This document shows positions 19,005 through 27,857 of a stretch of DNA of 50,316 bases, piece after piece. Made by a program: the position numbers and the translations under genes. The DNA comes from Armatimonadota bacterium (GTDB lineage: Bacteria; Armatimonadota; UBA5829), in assembly GCA_046719185.1 (NCBI GenBank), contig JBDNDK010000001.1, forward strand, positions 1 through 50,316. Direction: 5' to 3'. The notes beneath the pieces were generated by a model that made no database searches, was not told the origin of the DNA, and worked only from the letters and a program-made list of their open reading frames with translations. Numbering within the stretch: position 1 is the first letter of the stretch; each line of letters opens with the position of its first letter.

Positions 19005-21764
19005 TTATCTCCAGCAGCTGAGTCTTTGAGGTTGTTGCTTTTGTGTTATAAATAGAGATTTGCTTCTGGCATGCAAAAGATGTTTTCTGCCTTCTCTTTG
19101 TCTTGTGTAGATTAGTTCACATGGTCCAATGTGTTTGTTCCATGCTTTGCAAAACATTTCTGCCTGGTTTTTCTTTTCTCCAACTAAAGAAGGCACAGGG
19201 AAATAGTCGTCATCTGATATCTTTTTACTTTTATCTTTTCTAACTAATAGATATCTTTGATTTGAGATTGGTTCGAATAATTCTTCAAGGCAATCTATAA
19301 AAAGTGATCTTTCATAGGATGTGCCTCCCAAAAGCTCACATCTTATATTGCCTTCATTTTCTTTTTCTGTTATTACTTTTATACTGTTATCTTTTTTGAT
19401 TAAATTGAGTTCTAATAATACATCTAACAAAGTATAGGCAATTTCTTTTAGGCTGGATTCAAGCTTTATATGTTTGTATGCTCTAATAGCTGGTTTTATC
19501 ATAAAGGGTGTAAAAACTATTGCTGGAGCAAATGAAATCAATGCCAAATTTAGGCTTGCTGTAGTTTCTAGAATACTCATCATTGAAACTCCAGAAAATA
19601 TAGCTCCACCAATCCCTGCAATTATCAATTGCTTTAATATTGGTTTGTATGCACCTTTGAAAGCAAAATTTCTAGGAAGATGTGTTTTTCTTACTAAAAT
19701 TCCTTCTATCATTTTGTGCTCAGTTCCAGATTTTAGCACATCCATCCATTTTGTATATAAACCTTTTCTATCAACTGATTTTTCAAACATTAAATTATTA
19801 ATTGTTTCTATTTCTTCATTCTTAAATGGAGGGTTTGATATATTCAGTCTTGCAAAGCCATTTTCTATTGAATCATTTTTAAATGATAATCCTACAAATG
19901 CATTAAATCTTCTGACTACTGATTCATAGTCATTGTAAAATGAAATACTTTTATTTTTATCAACACATATCAAATGCCAGACATTAGCAGTTTTCTGATG
20001 TTGACTTTGGCATATTCTAATTGCTCTGCCTCTCATTTGATTGGATAAAACAAAAGAACCAACATTACTTGCAAGAACTAAGCTATTAATACAAGGTGCA
20101 TCCCAACCTTCACCAAGTAAAGATTTTGTGCCTACTATTACATTTACATCACCAGATAAAAACAACTCAGTGATAATACAAACAAGTTTTTGTCTATTAG
20201 AATCATTTATGGATATTTCAGTATATCTTCCTTCATTATCCATATTTTGTATAACTGATTCATTAGATTTCAAATTGTATTTATTGCATATTTCTTTGTA
20301 CTTAGGAATTGCTGTTTGAGGAATTACAACCAAACTTCCTGTCAGTATTGCCAAATTGATATTACTTAAATCACACTCAGCTTCTGAGATACTTCCCAAA
20401 AGATTATATTCATTAATTTCTTTTCTTATCATATCAAAAATAGGTGCTACACCAAGTTTTTTTGGTGTGTTAGCATCATATTTTGTATTCATCTCAGCTT
20501 TTCTAATGTAATCTGTCAAAATTACCATTCTGATATCAGACCCAAGATGATTTAATTCACTTTTTAATATCCTAATTATGCTGTCAAACTTGCTTGCACT
20601 GCTGGTCATTATTTTTGATATGATTTTATTGTTTTTCAGCACTATCTGTTTTTGCTCAACAGCACCAATGCTTTTTAATTGTTCTTCAATAGCTTTAATT
20701 GTTTCTTTATACTCAGAGAAATTATCATAGTCTTTATATATGCAGTTTGATAACAGAATCTCAAGCCATTCCAAATCCAGTGGAGGTATATCTTTATTTT
20801 CAATTCCAAGTATATCTACAAGATGAATAGGCACATTTATATCACTTGCATTTATAAATATAATCATACTGCTGAAATATGCTGGGTTAGATAATATATC
20901 TTCTATATGGTTTTCAGCATCTTTTATCCATATGTGTTCAGATACCGCACTACAGAATGCTCTATTCCAAACAATAGAATCAAAGAAATCAGATACTCTA
21001 TCTCTAAACTCACTTAATATTATATTTTCTTCATCTGTAGGCATACTAAGACAGACATAATCCTGATGTGGGCATAAATTGCCTTCTTTTACCATCTCCG
21101 GAACACTCACTTCAATATCCACTGGTCCACATAGCTCTTTATATCTTTCCCATTCATTTTGGGATACATCATAGGGTGGGGTAGCTGTAAGTGCAATAAT
21201 AGTTGGGTTTCCAAGGTCTGTTCTTAATTGTTCTAGTGTTTGCCACCATGCAGATTTTAGGTGGTGTGCTTCATCTACAACTAAAACTTCAATTCCAATT
21301 TCTTTAAGTGCTTTACTTATATCAACAATTTCAGATGATTCACTCTTTTTATTACCATTTTCATTATCACTATATGTTTCTTCTTCAAGTTCATCATACA
21401 AGGTTTCATTATCAACTAGACCTTTATATGCAGAAAAAACAGCCTGATATGTGGATACTGTAAGCAATTTGGGATTTTTTATATCTGTGCTTACCCATTC
21501 TGGCAAATCATAACCATCAGGCAAAAAATGTTTTTGGAATCTATCTATCCATTGATGTTTTATTGTTAGGGTAGGACCGAGGATTAGTGCTGGTTTTCCT
21601 ATCATTCTCACTAGTTCAAGACCAAGTATTGTTTTACCTGAACCTGGAGCTGCAACTATATGGAATCTATTATCTGATATATGCTTATCAAACTCCAGTA
21701 ATACTTGCTGCTGATATGGTCTCCAAGAAAGATTAAATGACACATAATCTGGAAAAACACTCAA
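19005..21764 (-). CDS. SF2 DEAH-box helicase (ResIII + Helicase_C type) with internal hydrophobic hairpin and unassigned C-terminal domain
   Basis: 919 aa. WRPYQQQ (Q-motif-like), Walker A AAPGSGKT (aa 38-45), DEAH (aa 164-167, nt ~21264-21275), TATPPYD (motif III), GEGWDAP and QMRGRAIR (motifs V and VI). TTG start with GAGGA 6 nt upstream. Confidence 0.85.
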   Translation of the reverse strand: MSVFPDYVSFNLSWRPYQQQVLLEFDKHISDNRFHIVAAPGSGKTILGLELVRMIGKPALILGPTLTIKHQWIDRFQKHFLPDGYDLPEWVSTDIKNPKLLTVSTYQAVFSAYKGLVDNETLYDELEEETYSDNENGNKKSESSEIVDISKALKEIGIEVLVVDEAHHLKSAWWQTLEQLRTDLGNPTIIALTATPPYDVSQNEWERYKELCGPVDIEVSVPEMVKEGNLCPHQDYVCLSMPTDEENIILSEFRDRVSDFFDSIVWNRAFCSAVSEHIWIKDAENHIEDILSNPAYFSSMIIFINASDINVPIHLVDILGIENKDIPPLDLEWLEILLSNCIYKDYDNFSEYKETIKAIEEQLKSIGAVEQKQIVLKNNKIISKIMTSSASKFDSIIRILKSELNHLGSDIRMVILTDYIRKAEMNTKYDANTPKKLGVAPIFDMIRKEINEYNLLGSISEAECDLSNINLAILTGSLVVIPQTAIPKYKEICNKYNLKSNESVIQNMDNEGRYTEISINDSNRQKLVCIITELFLSGDVNVIVGTKSLLGEGWDAPCINSLVLASNVGSFVLSNQMRGRAIRICQSQHQKTANVWHLICVDKNKSISFYNDYESVVRRFNAFVGLSFKNDSIENGFARLNISNPPFKNEEIETINNLMFEKSVDRKGLYTKWMDVLKSGTEHKMIEGILVRKTHLPRNFAFKGAYKPILKQLIIAGIGGAIFSGVSMMSILETTASLNLALISFAPAIVFTPFMIKPAIRAYKHIKLESSLKEIAYTLLDVLLELNLIKKDNSIKVITEKENEGNIRCELLGGTSYERSLFIDCLEELFEPISNQRYLLVRKDKSKKISDDDYFPVPSLVGEKKNQAEMFCKAWNKHIGPCELIYTRQREGRKHLLHARSKSLFITQKQQPQRLSCWR

Positions 21765-21796
21765 AACAAATCCTCAATATAATGGCAAAATAAGAT

Positions 21797-21831
21797 TCAA
21801 GACACAGATAAAAAGTATATCTATGTCTTGA
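21797..21831 (-). terminator. hairpin between the small secreted-protein gene and the helicase gene
   Basis: 14-position stem with one mismatch (TCAAGACACAGATA / TATCTATGTCTTGA) and a 7-nt loop. It is followed on the minus strand by ATCTTATTTT. Confidence 0.5.
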
Positions 21832-21933
21832 TATTTATTCCATATTTAATGCTATTTAGGTTGTTCTACATATTCAACAAGTCTTATCCAAAATCCTGTA
21901 TCTGGTTATCAGCATTAAACACATACTTTAAAT

Positions 21934-22263
21934 CTAAGCTTTCTTTTCAAAATTATAGTTCATATAAATTATATGGTTTGGTGATAATATTTGTTCTCTT
22001 GTTTCACCAATACTTTGCAGATCACCTGTTTTTGCAGTAGTCATTTTCCAAACAGTTTCTAGTTGAACAGGATTTACAGCTGCCTTCATTTGATCATCAA
22101 AATTAGCTGTTACTCCTTTGAAACCTTCATTTTTGAGCTTTTCTGTGGTTTCAAGAGTAATCTTTGTTTTTACATCTGCTGATTCTTTGCTGAATTTACT
22201 GCATCTTAAAACACCAAATATTATAAAAACATACAAAACAAATAGCAAATTTCTTTTCATCAT
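21934..22263 (-). CDS. small secreted or membrane-anchored protein, DUF3887-like
   Basis: 109 aa with an N-terminal hydrophobic signal (MMKRNLLFVLYVFIIFGVLRC). ...FDDQMKAAVNPVQLETVWKMTTAKTGDLQSIG resembles DUF3887, which is usually the N-terminal module of larger hydrolases. Confidence 0.45.
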   Translation of the reverse strand: MMKRNLLFVLYVFIIFGVLRCSKFSKESADVKTKITLETTEKLKNEGFKGVTANFDDQMKAAVNPVQLETVWKMTTAKTGDLQSIGETREQILSPNHIIYMNYNFEKKA

Positions 22264-22749
22264 ATTCCTACATTAGTTAATTGTTTTATCTGGATCAGAT
22301 TTTCAAATTAAATACGAATACAAAACAAGTATTAGGGTGATTATCAAAACACTTATAATTAAAAATTTGGAAGAGAAAAGCATTTGATATTCCCAATTCA
22401 TTTCAACACATAAAAAAAGCCTTTCTGAATTAAAAGATATGTATCAAAGAGGCAGGCTTTGCAGATACTACATTCGATCTTTCATCAGAAACGCAAAAAA
22501 TGGTGAAGTATTAAAAGGAATATCTTGGCTCAATTGTGCATTTTTATTATCATTTTCAGGTATGTTCTCATCAAACTTCTGGAAAGCATTAAGAGATTAG
22601 ATAACTAATCTAAAACAACCCCACAAATTATTATTTGATTATTTATATCAATAAATATCCAAAATAGGATTGTATTTACTGGAAGAATTTCCTGTTTTTG
22701 TTTATCATATACTATATTTTAAGATTATTTTTATCAATTGGAGATTAAT

Positions 22750-24294
22750 ATGATATTTCTTGGTGTAGATGTTGGTTCTGTCAGTGTGAAGTCTGTTTTG
22801 ATATCAGAAGATGGGACAATACTAAATCACCAATATATAAGGCATCATGGTCAGCCTCTGCAAATTGCAAAAAAACTTCTAGAATCTGAATTATCCAAAA
22901 ACAAAGAAATTGCAGGAATTGGTTTCACTGGTTCTGGTGGCAGAAGGATAGCTGATGCATTAGGAATGCCTTTTGAAAATGAAATCATTTGTCATTCACG
23001 ATCAGCTTCAAAACTCACACCAGAAGCAAAATGTATGATACTAGTTGGTGGAGAAGATTCATATTTTGTTCTAATGAATGAAAAAGAATCAGATGAATCA
23101 GTGGGTATAAAAGATTTTGCAATGAATGGTATTTGTGCAGCTGGTTGTGGCAGCTTTTTGGATCAGCAAGCATCAAGATTAGGCATTGATATAGAAGGTG
23201 AGTTTGGGAAACTTGCTGTTGAATCAACAAGACCATCAAGAGTTGCGGGTAGATGCAGTGTTTTTGCAAAAACTGATATGATACACCTTCAACAAAAAGC
23301 AACACCTGTTCAGGATATTGTTGCTGGTCTTTGTTTTGCATTTGCCAGAAACTATGTAGCTGTTCTAGCAAGAGGAAAAGATTTTACTCCTCCAATTGTC
23401 TTTCATGGTGGTGTCTCAAAAAATGATGGCATGGTCAGAGCATTCAAAGAAATATTAGAACTTGAAGACAACCAATTGATAATTCATGAATATTCCGCAG
23501 TAGCTGGAGCCTATGGTTCTGCATTACTTGCAAAAAACACTTATAACCCTGAGAAAAAAATTAATCTTGAAGGATTAGATCATATAAAGAATCTATCCTC
23601 TGAATCTGATAATCCTCTTCCTCCACTACCTCAACCTTCACCTGCTCCTGGAAGCAGAGTTTATGATGTAGAAACTGATAAAGTGGAAGCATATTTGGGT
23701 GTAGATATAGGCTCAATCAGCACAAATGTTGTCGTTATGGATTCTCAAAGAAGAGTATTACATAAGAGCTATCTAATGACTGCTGGCAGACCAATAGAGG
23801 CTGTAAGAAAAGGACTAGCAGAAGCATCTGAAAAACTTGCTGATAAAGTTGAAATCAGAGGAGTATGCACCACTGGCTCAGGCAGATATTTGATTGGTGA
23901 TTTTTTAGGTGCTGATGTTGTGAAAAATGAAATTACAGCACAAGCTAGAGCTGCTGTTGAGATTGATCCCAATGTTGATACTATATTTGAAATTGGTGGG
24001 CAGGATTCAAAATATATTAGCCTTGAAAATGGGGCTATTATTGATTTTGAAATGAACAAAGTATGTGCAGCTGGCACTGGTAGCTTTTTGGAAGAACAAG
24101 CAGAAAAGCTTGGAGTAAGCATAAAAGGTGAGTTTGCTCAATTGGCATTAGAAGCTCAAAACCCTGTAAGGCTTGGTGAGAGATGTACAGTATTTATGGA
24201 AAGTGATTTAGTTGGACATCAGGGCAGGGGAGCATCAACTCCTGATTTAGCTGCTGGTCTTGCATATTCAACAGTATATAACTATCATATATAA
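22750..24294 (+). CDS. BcrAD/BadFG (HgdC-type) activase, N-terminal fragment of a disrupted ~1400-aa gene
   Basis: Two tandem acetate/sugar-kinase-fold ATPase repeats: GVDVGSVSVKS...CAAGCGSFLD...RCSVFAKTDM, and GVDIGSISTN...CAAGTGSFLE...RCTVFMESDL. The likely start is ATG 22750; the track TTG at 22738 is upstream. The ORF ends in a stop inside the second repeat. Confidence 0.85.
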   Translation: MIFLGVDVGSVSVKSVLISEDGTILNHQYIRHHGQPLQIAKKLLESELSKNKEIAGIGFTGSGGRRIADALGMPFENEIICHSRSASKLTPEAKCMILVGGEDSYFVLMNEKESDESVGIKDFAMNGICAAGCGSFLDQQASRLGIDIEGEFGKLAVESTRPSRVAGRCSVFAKTDMIHLQQKATPVQDIVAGLCFAFARNYVAVLARGKDFTPPIVFHGGVSKNDGMVRAFKEILELEDNQLIIHEYSAVAGAYGSALLAKNTYNPEKKINLEGLDHIKNLSSESDNPLPPLPQPSPAPGSRVYDVETDKVEAYLGVDIGSISTNVVVMDSQRRVLHKSYLMTAGRPIEAVRKGLAEASEKLADKVEIRGVCTTGSGRYLIGDFLGADVVKNEITAQARAAVEIDPNVDTIFEIGGQDSKYISLENGAIIDFEMNKVCAAGTGSFLEEQAEKLGVSIKGEFAQLALEAQNPVRLGERCTVFMESDLVGHQGRGASTPDLAAGLAYSTVYNYHI

Positions 24295-24432
24295 AAGAAG
24301 GATTAACATAAAGAACTTTGCCCTTATTGTCGCAAATAATTACCGGGTTTTTTATTGCATCAAGATAGTTGTACTTTTCAAACATTGTAGTATTATAAAC
24401 ATCATTATCTGTTAAAATAGTATCTCTTACAT
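24286..24432. other. 147-nt foreign segment interrupting the activase gene; PAS-like coding signature on the minus strand
   Basis: The host reading frame (frame 1) continues on both sides (...AYSTVYNY | ... | IFFQGGTAFNRAVVAAF). Inside the segment it hits 5 stops (24292, 24304, 24337, 24388, 24418). The minus strand is open throughout and reads VRDTILTDNDVYNTTMFEKYNYLDAIKNPVIICDNKGKVLYVNPSF. Confidence 0.7.
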
Positions 24433-24468
24433 ATCTTCTTCCAAGGTGGAACAGCATTCAATAGAGCA

Positions 24469-27015
24469 GTGGTTGCAGCATTTCAGGCAGTTACTGGTAA
24501 GCATATCACTGTTCCAGAGCACCATGAAGTAACCGGTGCAATTGGCTGCTGTTTGATTGCAATGGAAAATGCTGTAGATGGAGTTCCAAGCAAATTCAAA
24601 GGCTGGCAGTTATCTAAAACTGAATACTTACAAACCTCATTTGAATGCAAAAGCTGTGCTAATGCTTGTGAAATAAACAAAGTTCAAATAGATGGTGGAG
24701 AAACTTTAGTTTATGGTGGTAGATGTGAGAAATTTGAAAAGAAGAAATCTGCCTCCACAAACTTGCCAGATCTCTTTGCAGAAAGAGAATCTTTAATGCT
24801 TTCTGGTTATGAAGAAGGAAAACAAATAGAAGGCAAACCTTATATTGGCATTCCAAGAGCTTTGCATTTTATGGATTTTGCTCCATATTGGATTAGCTTC
24901 TTTAAGAGTTTAGATATTCCTATAAAATTTTCTAGTCCTACTAACAAGAAAATAATAAATGATGGATTAGAGGCTGTATTAGCTGAGTTTTGTTTCCCTG
25001 TGAAAGTTGCTCATGGTCATGTTATGGAGCTTATGGAAGAAAATGTAACTCATCTATTCTTGCCATGCATAATTCAGCTTCCAAAGCTTAATGATGGTTT
25101 TGACGAGAGTGTGCAGTGTCCTTATGTTTCCACTCTCCCATACTCTATTCAGGCTGCACTTGATCCTGAAAAGCAAGGTATCAATATTTTAGCACCTGCT
25201 ATTGATTTGTCTGATGATTCTGGTAGAGCTGTTAAAAAAATGTATGAGTATATGAAAGAGCTTGGAGTAAGCAAAAATCAAATTGCAGAAGCAATGAAAG
25301 CTGGAAGAAAAGCTCAGAGTGAATTCTCAGAGAGGCTTATTGCTAGAGGCAAGGAAATATTAAAGAGTCTAGATGAAAATAAACCTGCAGTTGTGATAAT
25401 AAGCAGAGGATATAATGGCTGTGATAATGGTATTAATTTAGAGCTTCCAGAAAGATTTAAGGAACTTGATACACTTGCAATACCACTGGATATGATGCCT
25501 TTTGATGAGTATGATATATCAGATGAATATAAAATGATGTCTTGGAGATCTGGTCAGAAGATATTAACCTCAGCTGAAATAATAAGAAAAGATGATAGAT
25601 TGCATGGAGTATATGTAACAAACTTTGGGTGTGGTCCTGATTCATTTCTATTAAAGTTTTTCAGAGACAAACTAGGTGGCAAGAGCTTCCTGCAGATAGA
25701 AATTGATGAACATTCAAGTGATGTTGGAGCATTAACAAGATGTGAGGCATTCTTGGATAGTTTCAAAAAATCTAAAAAGCCAAGTGAAGCTAAAAAGAAA
25801 ATATCTAATCCTGTTTTTGATGATGATAGAACTTTATATATACCTAATATGAATAATGCAGCAGATATAGTTGCAGCTGCATTTAGGTCTGTAGGCATTT
25901 CTGCTCAACCTTTACCTGAAACAGATAAAGAATCAGTGGCAATTGGTAAGAAATACTGTACAGGTAAGGAATGTTTCCCTTGTATAGTAACAACTGGAGA
26001 TATTGTTAAATTCATATCAAGAGATGATATTGATACAAGTAAAGCTGCATTCTTTATGCCTAGCATATCAGGCTCTGGAGGTTGCAGGTTTGGCTGTTAT
26101 AACATACTTCATAGGATTGTGCTTGATGATTTAGGATATAATGATATACCAGTTTTTTCACCAAATCAGAGCAAAGGTTTTTATGAAAGCTTGGGAGCTA
26201 AAGCTGGAAAGGACTTTGTGAGAAAAGCTTGGCAGGGTCTTATTGCTAGTGAATTACTAGAAAAGGCACTTTATACTGTAAGACCGATGGAAGCAGTTGA
26301 TGGTTCAGCTTATGCAGCATACAGAAAATCTCTTGATCTTGTGATTCAAACAGTTGAAAAAAATGGCGATTTAGTATCCGCGATGAAAAAAAGCAGAGAA
26401 TATTTTGAGGCTGTGCAGACAAATTCTGATGGTCACATGTGGATTGGCATTGTTGGAGAGGTATTTGTAAGATCACATGATTTCAGTAATTCTAATCTCA
26501 TAGAATTAATTGAAGAAAGCGGTGGAAAGGCTTGGCTTTCACCTCTTAGTGAATGGCTGTATTATGTAAACCTTGGTCAGAAAACAACTGCAAAAAATGA
26601 AGGCAGATGGCTTGAGTATATAAATGTCAGCCTTATTGATAAAGTGATGAAAGATGATGAAAAGAAACTTGTTAAAGTTTGGGAAGGCTTTATTCCTCAT
26701 GCTCATGAATTAACTCCAGAGGAATTAGTAGAGCTTGGAAAAGAATATATTGATCCTGAGTTCTTTGGAGAACCTATACTTAGTCTTGGTAAATCTGAGT
26801 ATCTTAGAGAAAAAGGACTTGCTGGCATAATAAATGTAATGCCTTTCACTTGTATGCTTGGTACAATCACAAATGGCTTGCTTAAGAACTTCCAACCGAA
26901 AAATGATGGTATGCCTGTATTAAACCTAGCTTTTGATGGTCAGGAAGTTGGTGACTTGCCATTAAGATTAGAAGCATTCATGGAACAATGCAAAGCATTT
27001 AAAAATAAAAACTAA
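24469..27015 (+). CDS. activase C-terminal fragment (end of second ATPase repeat + DUF2229 / HgdB-like domains)
   Basis: 848-aa ORF from an internal GTG. Homology to the ATPase repeat already begins at 24433 (IFFQGGTAFNRAVVAAFQAVTGKHITVPEHHEVTGAIGCCLIA), in the same frame as the upstream fragment. The rest matches the large C-terminal region of CoA-substrate-specific enzyme activase proteins. Confidence 0.85.
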   Translation: MVAAFQAVTGKHITVPEHHEVTGAIGCCLIAMENAVDGVPSKFKGWQLSKTEYLQTSFECKSCANACEINKVQIDGGETLVYGGRCEKFEKKKSASTNLPDLFAERESLMLSGYEEGKQIEGKPYIGIPRALHFMDFAPYWISFFKSLDIPIKFSSPTNKKIINDGLEAVLAEFCFPVKVAHGHVMELMEENVTHLFLPCIIQLPKLNDGFDESVQCPYVSTLPYSIQAALDPEKQGINILAPAIDLSDDSGRAVKKMYEYMKELGVSKNQIAEAMKAGRKAQSEFSERLIARGKEILKSLDENKPAVVIISRGYNGCDNGINLELPERFKELDTLAIPLDMMPFDEYDISDEYKMMSWRSGQKILTSAEIIRKDDRLHGVYVTNFGCGPDSFLLKFFRDKLGGKSFLQIEIDEHSSDVGALTRCEAFLDSFKKSKKPSEAKKKISNPVFDDDRTLYIPNMNNAADIVAAAFRSVGISAQPLPETDKESVAIGKKYCTGKECFPCIVTTGDIVKFISRDDIDTSKAAFFMPSISGSGGCRFGCYNILHRIVLDDLGYNDIPVFSPNQSKGFYESLGAKAGKDFVRKAWQGLIASELLEKALYTVRPMEAVDGSAYAAYRKSLDLVIQTVEKNGDLVSAMKKSREYFEAVQTNSDGHMWIGIVGEVFVRSHDFSNSNLIELIEESGGKAWLSPLSEWLYYVNLGQKTTAKNEGRWLEYINVSLIDKVMKDDEKKLVKVWEGFIPHAHELTPEELVELGKEYIDPEFFGEPILSLGKSEYLREKGLAGIINVMPFTCMLGTITNGLLKNFQPKNDGMPVLNLAFDGQEVGDLPLRLEAFMEQCKAFKNKN

Positions 27016-27116
27016 TAGTCTATTGCTTTATTATAATAAATTATAATAAATATATTTTTTGATTTCCGATAAAAGGTCTTTTTGTTGGTATGGACTGTAT
27101 GCGATTTGTGGTGTTT

Positions 27117-27145
27117 GCGGTGTTTCAGGAGTTTGTTTCCGAAAT
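27117..27145. repeat. REP-like palindromic core, degenerate copy (copy 3)
   Basis: GCGGTGTTTCAGGAGTTTGTTTCCGAAAT aligns with the cores at 32833 and 35495. It is preceded by a partial duplication, GTGGTGTTT, and followed by a T7 run. It lies between the convergent activase and ABC ATPase genes. Confidence 0.6.
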
Positions 27146-27167
27146 ATTGTTTTTTTACAAATAGATA

Positions 27168-27857
27168 CTAACTTCCATTATCTTCAATAGTGCCATCTAC
27201 AAGGTGAATGGTCTTTTTTGTTTGAGAAGCAAAATCTTTGTCATGGGTTACCATCAAAAATGATGTTCCTGTGTATTCATTTAGCTCTTTCATTAAATCA
27301 ATCACAGCTTGTCCACTTTTTGAATCCAGATTGCCTGTTGGTTCATCAGCAAGGACAATTGTCGGTTCATTTGCCAGAGCTCTCACAACTGCTACTCTTT
27401 GTTGCTGTCCACCAGAAAGTTCACTTGGTTTATAATGCAGCCTATCTCCAAGTCCTACTCTTTCTAGCAACTCAATCATTTTTTCTTTTTTGTTATTATC
27501 ACATTTGCTGCCGGATAATAAGCAAGGCATCATTGCATTTTCAAGAACAGTAAATTCACTCAATAAATAATGGAACTGAAAGATAAAACCAAGAAAGTTT
27601 CTTCTATTCATTGCTCTTTCATCTTCAGATAATGAGGCAGCGTTTTTGCCACCTATTATCACTTCACCGGATGTTGGTGTATCCAGCAAACCAAGAATAT
27701 TTAAAAGTGTAGTTTTTCCAGATCCTGAAGAACCTACAACAGATACAAACTCTTCTGAATAAACTTTCAAATTTATATTCTTCAGAACTTTTGTTACCAC
27801 AGATTTTCCGTATTGTTTATTTATATTCTTGAGCTCTAGCACAGGTTTAGGTGTCAT
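27168..27857 (-). CDS. ABC transporter ATP-binding protein (MacB/LolD family)
   Basis: 229 aa. Walker A GSSGSGKTT, Q-loop, signature LSGGQQQR, and Walker B IVLADEPTGNLD. Confidence 0.9.
   Translation of the reverse strand: MTPKPVLELKNINKQYGKSVVTKVLKNINLKVYSEEFVSVVGSSGSGKTTLLNILGLLDTPTSGEVIIGGKNAASLSEDERAMNRRNFLGFIFQFHYLLSEFTVLENAMMPCLLSGSKCDNNKKEKMIELLERVGLGDRLHYKPSELSGGQQQRVAVVRALANEPTIVLADEPTGNLDSKSGQAVIDLMKELNEYTGTSFLMVTHDKDFASQTKKTIHLVDGTIEDNGS

Noticed and set aside
24194-24457. Track ORF (87 aa, minus) as an intact small PAS protein gene
   Set aside because: Its first 9 and last ~32 codons are merely the antisense of activase coding sequence. It has no RBS. Only the central ~46 codons carry the PAS-like signal, so it is a chimeric reading across an inserted fragment.
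22750-27015. Activase as a naturally split two-gene system
   Set aside because: The break falls inside the second ATPase repeat. Conserved coding sequence (IFFQGGTAFNRA) persists upstream of any possible start of the second ORF, in the same frame as the first. This indicates recent disruption of a single gene.
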